Positions 32,633 through 42,462 of a stretch of DNA of 64,000 nucleotides are shown piece after piece. A program made the translations under genes and the position numbers. The notes under the pieces were generated by a model. It searched no databases. It was given only the letters and a program-made list of their open reading frames with translations, and was not told where the DNA came from. The stretch comes from Omnitrophica bacterium GWA2_41_15 (lineage in GTDB: Bacteria; Omnitrophota; Gorgyraeia; Gygaellales; Profunditerraquicolaceae): assembly GCA_919901915.1 (NCBI GenBank), contig CAKKQB010000028.1, positions 38,499-102,498 of the forward strand, read 5' to 3'. Numbering within the stretch: position 1 is the stretch's first letter; every line of letters starts with the position of its first letter.

Positions 32633-33508
32633 CTACACGACCTGCCAATCCGCTTCCCTTAACAAAAACTCCATAACATGGCGCGACATATTATCGTCGG
32701 AAGGAATATTTTCCTTCTTTGCTATTTGGGCAAAAACTAAATACACCAAAACATGCTTTTTAGCCTCTGGTTCTAATTTTTCAATTAAAACCTTTTCCTG
32801 ACTGTCTATTGTTTCTCTAGGAACTCCTTTTAATGCCAAATCCACTTTTGCCTGCTTTAGCATATCATCAAGCTGGCGCTTTATAAGGCTTTGCGGCAAT
32901 TCAAAAACAAAATCCTTGGTTATATTTTCAATTATTTCGTTTTCAATTCTGGCGTGCTCCTGGTTTTCTTTATTCATAAAAATCTGTCTTTCTATAGCCC
33001 TCTCTAATTCCTGCGTGCCGGGATACCCTAAAGACTTAGCAAGCCTATCATCTACCTCTTCAATTTTATACTGCTCTTTCAAAGAATCAATGCCGCGCTT
33101 TACCTCATCATCAGCCACATTTGTCTTTTTAAAGTTAATCTTTATATTTTTATAGTTTTCTATAACTATCTCGGGACTTACCTCAACTTTTGCCTTAAAC
33201 GAAAGGCTGTTTTTATCTAATTGGACTTCTGTAATCTCCGGCAGGCCCACAACATCAAGATTTTCTTTTTGCATTGCCTCATTGTAAACATCCGGCACTA
33301 ATTCCCTAAGAACATTTTCGCGGACAACAGAGCCATATTGCTTTTCTACAATATCGCGCGGGGCCTTCCCCGGACGGAATCCCTGCACCTTCGCGTCCCT
33401 GGCAACCCTTTTAAAAACATCTTCAAACTTATTTTTTACAATATCACCGCTTACCTCAATACTTATCTCTCTTCTAATACTGTCTACTTTTTTGATTTCT
33501 GTTTTCAC
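32633..33508 (-). CDS. tig: Trigger factor lacking the PPIase (FKBP) domain
   Basis: N-terminal ribosome-binding signature GFRPGKAP and a C-terminal arm domain. At 291 aa, the ~100-aa PPIase domain found between them in canonical Tig is absent. Confidence 0.7.
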   Translation of the reverse strand: MKTEIKKVDSIRREISIEVSGDIVKNKFEDVFKRVARDAKVQGFRPGKAPRDIVEKQYGSVVRENVLRELVPDVYNEAMQKENLDVVGLPEITEVQLDKNSLSFKAKVEVSPEIVIENYKNIKINFKKTNVADDEVKRGIDSLKEQYKIEEVDDRLAKSLGYPGTQELERAIERQIFMNKENQEHARIENEIIENITKDFVFELPQSLIKRQLDDMLKQAKVDLALKGVPRETIDSQEKVLIEKLEPEAKKHVLVYLVFAQIAKKENIPSDDNMSRHVMEFLLREADWQVV

Positions 33509-33519
33509 GTTTGTCCTTT

Positions 33520-34242
33520 CTACATCCTAAATTTCTCGCCCAAATATACTGAACGAGCCTGCGGATTATTAACCAATTCTTCTGATGTCCCGGAAATCAA
33601 AATTCTGCCTTCAGCAATTAAATACGCCCTGTCAGTTATAGAAAGTGTCTCCCGGACATTATGGTCAGTGAGTAAAATCCCCAGGCCTTTTTTCCTTAGT
33701 TCCCTGATAATCTCCTGCGCCTCACTAACCACAATCGGGTCTATACCTGAAAACGGCTCATCTAAAAGTATGAACGAAGGGTTTGTCACTAACGCGCGCG
33801 TTATCTCAAGGCGCCTTCTTTCCCCTCCCGATAATGTATAAGCCTTACTTTTAGCAAGATGCGAAATATTTAATTCTTCCAACAGATAAGCGAGCCTCCT
33901 GTTTCTTTCAGCCTTACTTATAGATAGGGTCTCTAATATCGCCATAATATTTTCTTCCACGGTAAGTTTTCGAAATACAGAAGGCTCCTGTGAAAGATAA
34001 CCTATACCATAACGGGCACGCTCATGAATAGGCAGTGCCGTTATATCATTATTATCAAAAATTATTTTCCCGCGATTAGGCGCGATTACACCCACCACCA
34101 TATAAAACGTTGTAGTTTTTCCCGCGCCATTAGGCCCTAACAGGCCCACAATCTCACCGCGCAAAACCTGCATATTCACGCCCTTGACAACTTCCCTTCC
34201 ATCATAGGACTTAGCTAAATCTTTAATTTCCAATAAATGCAT
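33520..34242 (-). CDS. lptB: LPS export ABC transporter ATP-binding protein
   Basis: Walker [10 protein letters not shown], the ABC signature LSGGERRR and Walker B ILLDEP; 240 aa. Sits in the kdsD-kdsC-lptC/A-lptB synteny. Confidence 0.85.
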   Translation of the reverse strand: MHLLEIKDLAKSYDGREVVKGVNMQVLRGEIVGLLGPNGAGKTTTFYMVVGVIAPNRGKIIFDNNDITALPIHERARYGIGYLSQEPSVFRKLTVEENIMAILETLSISKAERNRRLAYLLEELNISHLAKSKAYTLSGGERRRLEITRALVTNPSFILLDEPFSGIDPIVVSEAQEIIRELRKKGLGILLTDHNVRETLSITDRAYLIAEGRILISGTSEELVNNPQARSVYLGEKFRM

Positions 34243-35275
34243 TTTTAGCGTCCTCTGTTGAATTTATAATTAACTTAGGCCTTCCAGTAAGAACAATCTT
34301 TTTATCTGAAGCGGTATAAAGCGCTTCTTCGCTGTAAGAAACATTTTCCCCGCGAGAAATCTTTACATTTCCCTTCGCGATAATCTTGTCTATTTGGCTT
34401 CCTATGGATTTCGGCCCTTGCTTTAATTCACCAGTAGGGACAGCGCAGTGCGCTGTCCCTACAGCTGTCCCTACGTTATCTTTGTGTTCCCTACCGGTCC
34501 GAATAAAATAGACATCCATTTTATCGCTCGAGATTTCAGATCCCTGCTGGCTGACTTTAACATTATTGCTAAATTGAGCGATATTTTTTTCATAATCTAC
34601 CTCAAGCGGGCCATCGCAGGTAATGATTATTTTTTCTTGTGATTTTACGCCTAAAAGCCCTTCTTTCTGAACAGGCTCAATGTCTAACCGCACATCGCGT
34701 TCTAAGGCAATCTGTTTTAAATCAGACTGCCCCTTTACCCCTGTCGCCGTCACAGTCATATTATCTCTTTTTATATTTACCGGATCACCTGTTGTAACAA
34801 CCCCGCCTTTTCTATCCCAATCCAAAGAATCAGTAGTTAGTTTTGTGCCGCCGGAAGTAGTAATAACAACATCCTGCTTTAGATTAACCTTACCATTTTC
34901 TTTATTGAAATCGCCTTTTTTAGCGCTAAGCCGAATATCTTCTCCTTTTCCATAAAAATTACCCACCACACTATCAAGCTTTACCTGCGATTGAAAAATA
35001 TCGGCTGTTTTAGCGCGAAGATCCCATTCCTTTTTACCTTTTTCTCCCTGGCCAGCAACGCTAAAATCATTAATCTGCTGATCTGCTTCAATAGATGACT
35101 GTTCAGCGGCAAATGAGAAATTATAAATACCAAAACATAAATAACAAAATAAACATAAAGCGTAAAATAAGCTCGTATCTCGTGAATCGTATCTCGTGAA
35201 TCGTTTCCCAACGAGATACGAGATACAAGATACAAAATACGAGATACGAACGACGATTCCTATTCTAAATATCAT
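34223..35275 (-). CDS. OstA-like LptA/LptC-family periplasmic LPS transport protein; start is uncertain
   Basis: Beta-jellyroll OstA-like repeats with the pattern K.N.....NV.......I..D. Lies between kdsC and lptB as in the canonical operon. The N-terminal ~35 codons translate the heptamer repeat at 35172-35260. Confidence 0.55.
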   Translation of the reverse strand: MIFRIGIVVRISYFVSCISYLVGKRFTRYDSRDTSLFYALCLFCYLCFGIYNFSFAAEQSSIEADQQINDFSVAGQGEKGKKEWDLRAKTADIFQSQVKLDSVVGNFYGKGEDIRLSAKKGDFNKENGKVNLKQDVVITTSGGTKLTTDSLDWDRKGGVVTTGDPVNIKRDNMTVTATGVKGQSDLKQIALERDVRLDIEPVQKEGLLGVKSQEKIIITCDGPLEVDYEKNIAQFSNNVKVSQQGSEISSDKMDVYFIRTGREHKDNVGTAVGTAHCAVPTGELKQGPKSIGSQIDKIIAKGNVKISRGENVSYSEEALYTASDKKIVLTGRPKLIINSTEDAKNAFIGN

Positions 35276-35807
35276 ACACTGCCAAAGCCTCCTGCCACTT
35301 CCCTTGCGATTTTAAAATAAGTTCCGCGACTTCGCGCACAGCGCCTTTACCGCCCAGCGCAACCGTAATATAAGAAGCCGCTTGCTTAATCTCGGAAACC
35401 GCGTTAAATACCGCTACCGGCAAACCCACTCTTTTCATTAAACATAAATCCACCAAATCATCGCCCACAAAACATACTTCGCTAATATCAACTTTGTATT
35501 TCTTTAATATCTCCCCCAACACCGCTGTTTTAGGAGAAATATTTTCAAAAATCTCCGCCACCCGCATATCACGGGCGCGCGGTCTTATTGTCTTTGAGCC
35601 TTTTGCCGTGATAATAACTGTTTTTATTCCGGCCCTATAAAGCAGGCACACGCCCAGGCCATCATGGACATCAAAAAATTTCGAATCCCTTCCTTTAGAA
35701 TCATAGATTATTCTGCCATCCGTTAAAACCCCGTCAACATCCAAAAGCAGCAACTTAACTTTTTGAGCCTTTCCCTTTAATTCTTCTGTTACTATAGTAT
35801 TTAACAT
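35265..35807 (-). CDS. kdsC: 3-deoxy-D-manno-octulosonate 8-phosphate phosphatase
   Basis: HAD motif LLLLDVDGVLTDG; 180 aa, the typical KdsC size and architecture. Confidence 0.8.
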   Translation of the reverse strand: MLNTIVTEELKGKAQKVKLLLLDVDGVLTDGRIIYDSKGRDSKFFDVHDGLGVCLLYRAGIKTVIITAKGSKTIRPRARDMRVAEIFENISPKTAVLGEILKKYKVDISEVCFVGDDLVDLCLMKRVGLPVAVFNAVSEIKQAASYITVALGGKGAVREVAELILKSQGKWQEALAVYDI

Positions 35808-35859
35808 ATTTGTGAACCGGTGAACCGGTGAACTGGTTAACCGGTTAACCGGCTAACCC

Positions 35860-36822
35860 TTACACCAATCCCGCCTTCAAAAGATCCTGCACATCTAATA
35901 GTCCCACCGGCCGCTTATTTTTATCCACAACCGGAACTTCATCTATTTTCTTGTCTTTTAATATACTCATCGCGCTGGCAGCCAGCATATCCGCGCTAAC
36001 CACGCAAGGATCCTTAGTCATTACTTCTTTAATCTTACGCTGGAGTAAATTCCCGTCTATTTCTAAGTGCCGCCGCAGGTCTCCATCAGTAAAAATCCCT
36101 TTTAACCGGCCAACCTTATCCACCACAGTAGCGCAGCCAGCCTTGGCCTGCGTTATTTCAAGCAAAACCTCTGAAACATTTTTTTCTTCATAAACAACCG
36201 GATTATCTTGAGCCTTGCGCATGATATCTTCTACTTTTAATAAAAGGCTCCTTCCCAAAGCTCCACCCGGATGAAAAAAAGCAAAATCCTTTTCTTTAAA
36301 TCCCCTCAAATCAAGAACGCATACTGCCAAGGCATCACACATAGCCAGCGTAGCGGTAGTAGAAGCAGTAGGAGCCAGACCCAGAGAACAAGCCTCTTTT
36401 TTTACTGAAATATCCAAAACCACATCGCTATATTTGGCAAGAACTGATTTCATATTTCCGGTAAGAGCGATTATTGAACAGCCGATTTTTTTTAAGAGTG
36501 GTAATAATTGTTTTATTTCATCGGATATGCCGCTGGTAGAAATAATTACAACTACGTCCGCGGGAACAACTCTTCCCAAATCTCCATGGATTGCCTCCGC
36601 GATATGTAAAAACAAGCTCGGCGTGCCTGTAGATGCCAATGTCGCGGAAAACTTCTGGGCAATAATTCCGGTTTTACCCATACCGCTTACCACAACCCTG
36701 CCTTTAGTCTTTAATATATAATTGGCCGCTCTTTCAAAGTTAATCTCAAGTCTGGATTTTAAGTCAAGGATCGCGCCAGCCTCAATATCCAAAACCTCTT
36801 TTGCTCTTTTTAATATATTCAT
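35860..36822 (-). CDS. kdsD: Arabinose-5-phosphate isomerase (SIS domain plus tandem CBS)
   Basis: SIS domain GMGKTGIIAQKFSATLASTGT followed by two CBS domains. Confidence 0.85.
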   Translation of the reverse strand: MNILKRAKEVLDIEAGAILDLKSRLEINFERAANYILKTKGRVVVSGMGKTGIIAQKFSATLASTGTPSLFLHIAEAIHGDLGRVVPADVVVIISTSGISDEIKQLLPLLKKIGCSIIALTGNMKSVLAKYSDVVLDISVKKEACSLGLAPTASTTATLAMCDALAVCVLDLRGFKEKDFAFFHPGGALGRSLLLKVEDIMRKAQDNPVVYEEKNVSEVLLEITQAKAGCATVVDKVGRLKGIFTDGDLRRHLEIDGNLLQRKIKEVMTKDPCVVSADMLAASAMSILKDKKIDEVPVVDKNKRPVGLLDVQDLLKAGLV

Positions 36823-37634
36823 TTCAACGCTTTCTCTATTCGCGTAACCTGTTTAAGAAGCTTTTCTAAGGCCTTGAAATCAATCATATTTGGGCCATCG
36901 CAAAGCGCCTTATCAGGAGAAGAATGCACTTCCAAAAATAAACCATCACAGCCAAAAGCAACCGCCGCGCGCGATAAGCCCTCAACAAATTCACGCTGTC
37001 CGCCCGAAGCTGTACCTTTGCCGCCCGGAAGCTGAACGCTGTGCGTAGCATCATAAATCACAGGGTATCCAAACTCCCGCATTATGCCAAGGCTTCTAAA
37101 ATCAGTGACTAAATTATTATACCCAAAACATGCTCCCCGCTCAGTAATCAGTATTGACTTATTGCCTACAGATTCAATTTTTTTAATTATAGGAACGATA
37201 TCCCATGGCGCTAAGAATTGCCCTTTTTTAATATTTATCACCTTACCGCTCTTTGCCGCGGCCGTTACAATATCCGTCTGGCGGCACAAAAGGGCAGGAA
37301 TCTGAATTATATCCGCGACCTTGGATACCTCTATTATATCCGCCTGACAATGAACATCAGTCAATATAGGCACCTTAATTTCTTGTTTTATTCTACGCAA
37401 AACAGAAAGCCCTTTTTTTATGCCCGGGCCGCGATAAGAATCTATAGAAAGCCTGTTTGCCTTATCAAAACTAGTTTTAAAAATAAAAGGAATGCCGACC
37501 TTATCGGCAATCTTCTTTATCGTTACCGCGGCATCTAAACAAAGCCCCTCTGATTCAATCACACAAGGCCCAGCGATTAAAACCAGGGGATTTTTATCGC
37601 CTATTTTTATATTACCTACCTGTATTTGCTTCAT
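36819..37634 (-). CDS. kdsA: 2-dehydro-3-deoxyphosphooctonate aldolase (Kdo-8-P synthase)
   Basis: DAHP-synthase-like TIM barrel (IAGPCVIES, QIPALLCRQTD, HSVQLPGG); 271 aa. Confidence 0.9.
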   Translation of the reverse strand: MKQIQVGNIKIGDKNPLVLIAGPCVIESEGLCLDAAVTIKKIADKVGIPFIFKTSFDKANRLSIDSYRGPGIKKGLSVLRRIKQEIKVPILTDVHCQADIIEVSKVADIIQIPALLCRQTDIVTAAAKSGKVINIKKGQFLAPWDIVPIIKKIESVGNKSILITERGACFGYNNLVTDFRSLGIMREFGYPVIYDATHSVQLPGGKGTASGGQREFVEGLSRAAVAFGCDGLFLEVHSSPDKALCDGPNMIDFKALEKLLKQVTRIEKALK

Positions 37635-38532
37635 TATTATTAATCGTGCTTGTCGGACTTGGCTTATCCCCGCCTATCGGCGGAACAGACAGGCCTGCTT
37701 CTTTTTCGGGACAGATAAATCCGCCCCCTATATTTATGGATAAAGCAGTTTTTGCAGGAGCTTGATTTATCAAGCCTATTCCTTTGTTTTTTTCTATTCT
37801 CTCATTTTGAAAATAAAGTTTTACCTTCTCGAGATCCTCTATGGTATCCACGCCAATTGTATCATATTTTGTTTCAATAACCTTAATACGGTAACCTTCT
37901 TCCAAAACTCGCAACTGCTCTAAGCGTTCTACTCTCTCTAAATAAGAAACCGGCAAATTCTTGTAGGTAAAAAGGAAATCTTTGGTGTAACCGTATAAAC
38001 CTATATGCTTAAAATAAACCGGAAAATTTATTTCTGATTCTTTAGCGCGAAAAGGTATGGGTAAACGTGAAAAATAAAGAGCAAAATTATTTTTATCAAT
38101 CACAACCTTAACTACATTAGGGTCATTAATAACAAGCTCATCTTCAATATTTTTCATAACAGTCGCCATAGAAATAGAGCTGTTATCTAATAATGCTCTC
38201 GCGACAGTATCTATCATAGTAGGATGAATCAACGGCTCATCGCCCTGAATGTTTATAACTATTTTCGCGTCTATTGAATTTATTACTTCACAGATCCTAT
38301 CTGTGCCCGAGGCATGGCCTTTAGCAGTAAGAACCACCTTCGCGCCAAACCCTTTAGCCGCGGCAGCCACTCTCTCGTCATCGCAGGCAATAATCAAATC
38401 GTCCAAGGTAAGCGCCTGTTTTGCCCGTTCCCAGACATGCTGGAGCATAGGTTTACCCAAAATATTCGCCAGAACCTTCCCCTCAAATCTTGTTGAAAAA
38501 TATCTTGCCGGAATAATACCGATTACATCCAT
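37612..38532 (-). CDS. kdsB: 3-deoxy-manno-octulosonate cytidylyltransferase (CMP-Kdo synthetase) with a ~55-aa low-complexity C-terminal tail
   Basis: IIPARYFSTRFEGK N-terminus and the KdsB core. The tail overlaps the kdsA start by 23 nt. Confidence 0.8.
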   Translation of the reverse strand: MDVIGIIPARYFSTRFEGKVLANILGKPMLQHVWERAKQALTLDDLIIACDDERVAAAAKGFGAKVVLTAKGHASGTDRICEVINSIDAKIVINIQGDEPLIHPTMIDTVARALLDNSSISMATVMKNIEDELVINDPNVVKVVIDKNNFALYFSRLPIPFRAKESEINFPVYFKHIGLYGYTKDFLFTYKNLPVSYLERVERLEQLRVLEEGYRIKVIETKYDTIGVDTIEDLEKVKLYFQNERIEKNKGIGLINQAPAKTALSINIGGGFICPEKEAGLSVPPIGGDKPSPTSTINNNEANTGR

Positions 38533-38597
38533 ATTTCCTCACTTTGTTCGGAAGAGTACAGAGAACAGAAAACAGAGAAAAACCTTTCTGTACTCTC

Positions 38598-39623
38598 TTA
38601 CCCACACTCTATTCCCGATAATAACTCTTTTCTTGTCGTAGCCGCAGTCCCTACTTTACCCACCACTATCCCTGCCGCGTAATTTGCCAGATGCGCCGCT
38701 TCTAATTTAGCCGCCCCACAACTTAACCCTAAAGTAAATACGCTTATAACCGTATCACCCGCGCCCGAGACATCAAAAACCTCTTGCGCGACTGTGGGTA
38801 TATGCGCCATATGACCATTATTTTCAAATAACTTCATTCCGCGCTCACCTAAAGTAATTAAAACTGAATCTAACTCCAAATATTTAAGAACTTCGCCTGC
38901 CGCCCGGTCAATATCCTTATCAGTAAATAACTTATCGTCATTTATCTGAAAACTATTCGTAGTATCTTTTATTTTTAAATTTCTAACCGCGTTTTCTAGT
39001 TCCTTACCATTAGGAGTAATACAGGTAGCAAGCCGGTAATACTGAAAATGCTCTTCTTTGGGATCAACGGTAATAATCTTTTTTTCAACGCGCGACAACC
39101 CGATAACCTCTTCAACTAATTGCTTATTTATCACCCCTTTGCCATAATCTTCTATAATAATGGCATCAAAATCATTTATATTTTTCTTTATAAATTCAAT
39201 GAGCCGCTGGTTTAGCTTAGCTGAAAGCGCCTCCTTATGCTCCCAATCAACCCTTACAACCTGTTGATGGCCGGCAATAATGCGCGTCTTTACCGTAGTA
39301 TGCCTGGAAGAATCAATAAAGATACCCCTCGTATCTATATTTCTCTTTCGCAATTCTGAAAATAATATCTGGGAATTCTTATCCTTTCCCACAATTCCCA
39401 CAAGGCAAACATTCGCGTCAAGGGAACGAATATTATTGGCAACATTGGCTGCTCCGCCCGGAATATGAGTTCTTCTATTCGCCCAAACCACCGGCACAGG
39501 CGCCTCAGGAGAGATCCTGTCAACACTGCCCCAAACATATTCATCTAAGATTAAATCCCCAACAACCAAGATTCTTGCTTTAGAGAATTTAGAAATTATA
39601 TTTTTTAGGGTATTTGTCCTCAT
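38598..39623 (-). CDS. D-glycero-beta-D-manno-heptose-7-phosphate kinase (RfaE domain I; PfkB-family sugar kinase)
   Basis: ILVVGDLILDEY start and a DVSGAGDT anion hole near the C-terminus; 341 aa. No adenylyltransferase domain is fused. Confidence 0.75.
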   Translation of the reverse strand: MRTNTLKNIISKFSKARILVVGDLILDEYVWGSVDRISPEAPVPVVWANRRTHIPGGAANVANNIRSLDANVCLVGIVGKDKNSQILFSELRKRNIDTRGIFIDSSRHTTVKTRIIAGHQQVVRVDWEHKEALSAKLNQRLIEFIKKNINDFDAIIIEDYGKGVINKQLVEEVIGLSRVEKKIITVDPKEEHFQYYRLATCITPNGKELENAVRNLKIKDTTNSFQINDDKLFTDKDIDRAAGEVLKYLELDSVLITLGERGMKLFENNGHMAHIPTVAQEVFDVSGAGDTVISVFTLGLSCGAAKLEAAHLANYAAGIVVGKVGTAATTRKELLSGIECG

Positions 39624-40211
39624 TAGTAATGAAAATTTTAGCGCCTTACGTCGTTATGTATTTGTATTCGAAGTTCTAATTTTAGCATAAATTTTAATTA
39701 AATCAATACTATTTTAGGAATGCGTCAAGCCAATTTAGAAATGTCGTATTTTCATATTTCAATTACGAGGTGTCTGAATTGTTGCATTTTTGGGCGAGCA
39801 AGCGACCGAGGGCGAAATGCCCGAGGAAGTGTCGCGCCCATCTGGGCGGGACCTCGCCCCTACTTTAGAATACGACATTTCTAAATTGGTAGAATACGAC
39901 ATTATCATATTGGGATGACATACTATTTTAAACACAAACCCTATCCCGCCTTTTCTGCCACTTTTTGGCCATTTTTCGCGAAATATCATGGCTAAACCTA
40001 TCGCACCCCCGTCATTCCGGTGAAAACCGGAATCCAGTCACATAAAAATCACTGGACCCCGACTTTCGTCGGGGTGACGCACCTTGCCTTCGTCATTCCA
40101 GCCCCGATTTTCATCGGGGCAGGCTACATCCGGAATCCAGGTTAATAATATTTCCTGGATTCCGGATTAAAACATTCCGGAATGACGGTTTTTCTTAATT
40201 GTGACACAGTC
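39624..40211. repeat. Non-coding region of ~590 bp filled with nested palindromic elements
   Basis: TIR pair aatttagaaatgtcgtatt / aatacgacatttctaaatt flanks a GC-rich gggcgagcaagcgaccgagggcgaaatgcccgaggaagt...gggcgggacctcgcccc hairpin. Three gtcattcc..ggaatcc units follow at 40011-40140, then ggattccggattaaaacattccggaatgacgg at 40158-40189. Confidence 0.75.
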
Positions 40212-42344
40212 TTATTTACCGGCGACTGCCGTTTCTATTGCGCAGTTTGGACGGGTTAAGATCGCGTCAGCGGCTTCTATTACATCCTCTATGCTGACAG
40301 CTTTAAGACAGGCAAATTCTTTTTTGCAGTTATGCGCCAGACATTCAATACATCCTGCTTCTTTATGATGTAAAATTTTGTCTCTTTCACCCAACGGTCC
40401 CCAGCGTTTAGGGCTTAGGCCTTTTTGATTCCTGCCAAATATGGTAATTACAGGCGTCCCCACTGCCACAGCAATATGCATGGGGCCAGAGTCAGTGGAA
40501 ATAAACAACTTACACCTCTTTAAAATACTGGCTAACTGGCTTATTGACGCTCTTCCTGTCAGGTTAATTACAGGAATACGCGAATGTTTCACTAAATTTA
40601 ACGCCAATAAAGAGTCTTGCGCTCCGCCAACCACAATCACCTTAAAACCATATTTTTCAACCACCCTCTCGCCAACCCGGGCAAAACGCTCCTGCGGCCA
40701 AATCCTAGACGGACAACTTGCGCCCGGATGAATTGCCAATATTTTATCAGAGCTCTTAATCCCTTCCTTGCTAAATAATGTCTCTACCCAATCTTCAGAA
40801 TCCTGCCTAATGGGAACAAATAATTTTTTATCTTTTGGCTCAATCCCCAAAGCCCTTACCAAATCAAGGCTGTATTCTACCTCATGTTTTTCTCCTAATT
40901 GTTTAGTATGTTTTATTCTTTTTGTAAGCAAAAAACCTAATTTATAGTCATACCCAATTCTTCTGGGTATGCGAGCAAAAAATATTACAAGATGCGCGCG
41001 GCTTGTAGGATGCAAAATCAGGCTTACATCAAATCTTTTTTTCTTTAATTGGCTGGAAAATTTTAATGACCCATACCAGCTTTTATGCAAAGCGCTCTTA
41101 TCATATATTATTACGTCATCTAAATAAGGATTGACCTCCACTATTTCCTTTGTATAAGGCGAAACCATCATCGCTATATAGGCATTAGGATATTCATCTC
41201 TTAATGCCTTTATTACCGGCGTGGATAAAACCACATCGCCGATTCTATCGGTCCTTACGATAAGAATCCGCTTGAAATTATTTTTTGAGCGGATAGTGTT
41301 TGGCGGATAGCGGAACCCCAAAATATTTCTTACATCTCTTATTACATCTTCAACCTTAATCAAATTCATACACTCTACAGTATCAAACCTGCACTGTGCC
41401 GCTTGACACGGCCGGCAAAAAATATCCTTTTTAACTACCGCGCGAACCTCTGACCAAGGGCCATATTTCTCCTCATTAGTAGGCCCAAATATTGCTGCTA
41501 CAGGGACATTTAAATAACTAGCCAAATGCGAAACCGCGCTATCATTGCTTACCAATATTTTTGCTTTTTTTAATAACGCGGCCAATTGCAAAAAAGTTAT
41601 TTTTCCGGCTAAATCTATTATAGATTCTTCGCCCTTCGAACCCGTAAAAAGGTAACTGTCACGCCCTTTGCGACTGTCACCTTTTTGTTCACCTTTTTTT
41701 AGATACTCCGTTATAACTGCGTCATCCTTATCTCCCACCAAAATTATCTTGGCAGAAAATTCTTGTATTAAAAATGGAATTAATTCCGCGAACTTGTCCT
41801 TGTCCCACATCTTCAGATGACTGCGCGCTCCCGGGGCAATAACGATTATTTTATCCCCGGCGGCTAAACCATTCTCTTCCAATATTTTTTTAATACATTC
41901 TTCGTCTTGGCGGCTAATATATAAAGACTTTTTATCCGCGGCTTCTCGCGGACTTTCACGAACTCCCATAGCGCTAAGCGCCCCGCGCAAGCGCCTTTCC
42001 TTCATATGTTTTATTTTCCCGGAAATAAACAGAAACGGCGAAATTTTAATCTTCGCGGGTAAAAACGCGCCATACAAACTATTACGCAAATCAAAAACCG
42101 CGTCAAACTTTTCCTTCTTAAGTTGATTGAATAATTTTATCTTATCCCTTAACTTTGAATGTTTATTATAAATAATGAGTTTATCTATGGAAGGGTTATT
42201 TTCGAATATCTCCTTTGGGCGAGGAGCAGTCATAACCGTAATTTTAGCCGCAGGAAACTTCTCTTGCAATATATCCAAAACCGGCAAAGTCAGGACCACA
42301 TCGCCGAGATTACTTAGAGTAATAAAGAGAATCTTGTTTATCAT
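40212..42344 (-). CDS. Tandem-fused double GT9 heptosyltransferase (two ADP-heptose:LPS heptosyltransferase domains in one 710-aa ORF)
   Basis: Two complete GT9 folds, each ending in the ...SNDSGPMH..A..TP...FG motif region. Two palindromic repeat copies are read in frame: 41646-41685 (encoding GDSRKGRDSY) and 41288-41316 (FRYPPNTIRS). Confidence 0.75.
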   Translation of the reverse strand: MINKILFITLSNLGDVVLTLPVLDILQEKFPAAKITVMTAPRPKEIFENNPSIDKLIIYNKHSKLRDKIKLFNQLKKEKFDAVFDLRNSLYGAFLPAKIKISPFLFISGKIKHMKERRLRGALSAMGVRESPREAADKKSLYISRQDEECIKKILEENGLAAGDKIIVIAPGARSHLKMWDKDKFAELIPFLIQEFSAKIILVGDKDDAVITEYLKKGEQKGDSRKGRDSYLFTGSKGEESIIDLAGKITFLQLAALLKKAKILVSNDSAVSHLASYLNVPVAAIFGPTNEEKYGPWSEVRAVVKKDIFCRPCQAAQCRFDTVECMNLIKVEDVIRDVRNILGFRYPPNTIRSKNNFKRILIVRTDRIGDVVLSTPVIKALRDEYPNAYIAMMVSPYTKEIVEVNPYLDDVIIYDKSALHKSWYGSLKFSSQLKKKRFDVSLILHPTSRAHLVIFFARIPRRIGYDYKLGFLLTKRIKHTKQLGEKHEVEYSLDLVRALGIEPKDKKLFVPIRQDSEDWVETLFSKEGIKSSDKILAIHPGASCPSRIWPQERFARVGERVVEKYGFKVIVVGGAQDSLLALNLVKHSRIPVINLTGRASISQLASILKRCKLFISTDSGPMHIAVAVGTPVITIFGRNQKGLSPKRWGPLGERDKILHHKEAGCIECLAHNCKKEFACLKAVSIEDVIEAADAILTRPNCAIETAVAGK

Positions 42345-42462
42345 TTGATGGAATAATGATTAATAATGGTTAGCAAGGGTTAATTTTGTTAACCTCTATT
42401 AACTTTTTATTAACTGCTATTAACCCTATATAATTCTTATTTCACATTCGCGGTAATCCAAT

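Noticed and set aside
39759-39989. Minus-strand 76-aa ORF in the 590-bp gap
   Set aside because: It translates nested repeat elements (GARSRPDGRDTSSG from the gggcgagc...cccgaggaagt hairpin). It has no RBS and no homology.
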